DNA of 64,000 bases, taken from positions 1,486 to 65,485 of the forward strand of contig JBKHKA010000006.1 of assembly GCA_046537845.1 (NCBI GenBank). Direction: 5' to 3'. Positions within the stretch are counted from its first letter, which is position 1. Each line of letters opens with the position of its first letter. Positions 63,826 through 64,000 of this stretch are shown here, one piece after another. The position numbers and the translations under genes are program-made. This DNA is from Candidatus Aenigmatarchaeota archaeon. Its GTDB lineage: Archaea; Thermoplasmatota; Thermoplasmata; Halarchaeoplasmatales; Halarchaeoplasmataceae. The notes under the pieces are model-generated. The model did no database searches and was not told where the DNA came from. It worked only from the letters and a program-made list of their open reading frames with translations.

Positions 63826-64000
63826 GATTCCTCCATCTCAGATTTAACTTCTTCAAAATCAGTCACTACCTTATCATCGATGTGCTCTCCTCTCATCCTT
63901 TCTTCTGGAGGGAGGACTTCCGGATCGTGAGGTATCTCAACTCCAGCATCGACCATCCCTTTCAGAGCGGAAAATAGCCTTCCACCTTTCTCTGGGTGAT
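63822..64000 (-). CDS. rpl18: 50S ribosomal protein uL18, C-terminal fragment (starts beyond the window)
   Basis: A hand translation of the minus strand gives ...[37 protein letters not shown]...EES*. Its TGA overlaps the uS5 ATG (ATGA). It is not in the ORF track because it lacks a start in the window. Confidence 0.85.
   Translation of the reverse strand, partial: HPEKGGRLFSALKGMVDAGVEIPHDPEVLPPEERMRGEHIDDKVVTDFEEVKSEMEES

Noticed and set aside
1-64000. A search by eye for CRISPR arrays, long direct repeats, IS elements, integrases and rRNA genes.
   Set aside because: I found no regularly spaced repeats and no transposase or integrase-like ORFs. Both tRNA genes are flanked by ordinary housekeeping genes with no obvious duplicated tRNA 3' ends. 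A computational repeat search would be needed to exclude short or degenerate repeats.

Overview
This is an archaeal chromosomal segment with tightly packed genes on both strands, and its proteins are visibly Glu/Asp-rich with many acidic low-complexity linkers. Both flanks are conserved ribosomal-protein clusters on the minus strand. The left flank holds uS13-uS4-uS11. The right flank holds uL18-uS5-uL30-uL15-SecY-DUF106-Cmk-Cbf5 followed by tRNA-Ser. Between them lie:
- a complete euryarchaeal-type archaellum operon (archaellin, FlaC/D/E-like, FlaF, FlaG, FlaH, FlaI, FlaJ);
- ThrRS, RlmE and a signal peptidase I fusion;
- a PAS/GAF sensor and a STAND-ATPase/TPR protein;
- GlmM plus an NDP-sugar pyrophosphorylase;
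- indolepyruvate and pyruvate-type 2-oxoacid:ferredoxin oxidoreductases;
- intron-containing tRNA-Val and tRNA-Ser;
- PepF, aIF5A, agmatinase, FtsZ, LpdA, PanE and a MiaB-like methylthiotransferase;
- a NurA-HerA pair.

I saw no rRNA, CRISPR array, transposase or integrase.

The most unusual content is as follows:
1. A 1324-aa IleRS-like protein whose HIGH, KMSKS and CP1 editing signatures are all replaced. It is fused to a helix-hairpin-helix (HhH) module and a DUF835-like domain.
2. The archaellum operon continues, through overlapping stop/start codons, into a ~1420-aa repeat-rich membrane-anchored surface protein and a second DUF835-like protein.
3. A locally expanded set of modular proteins is built from HhH modules, zinc ribbons, coiled coils, helical hairpins and a bactofilin-like segment.

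All functional calls come from reading the translated ORFs against family signatures I remember. No database search was run.
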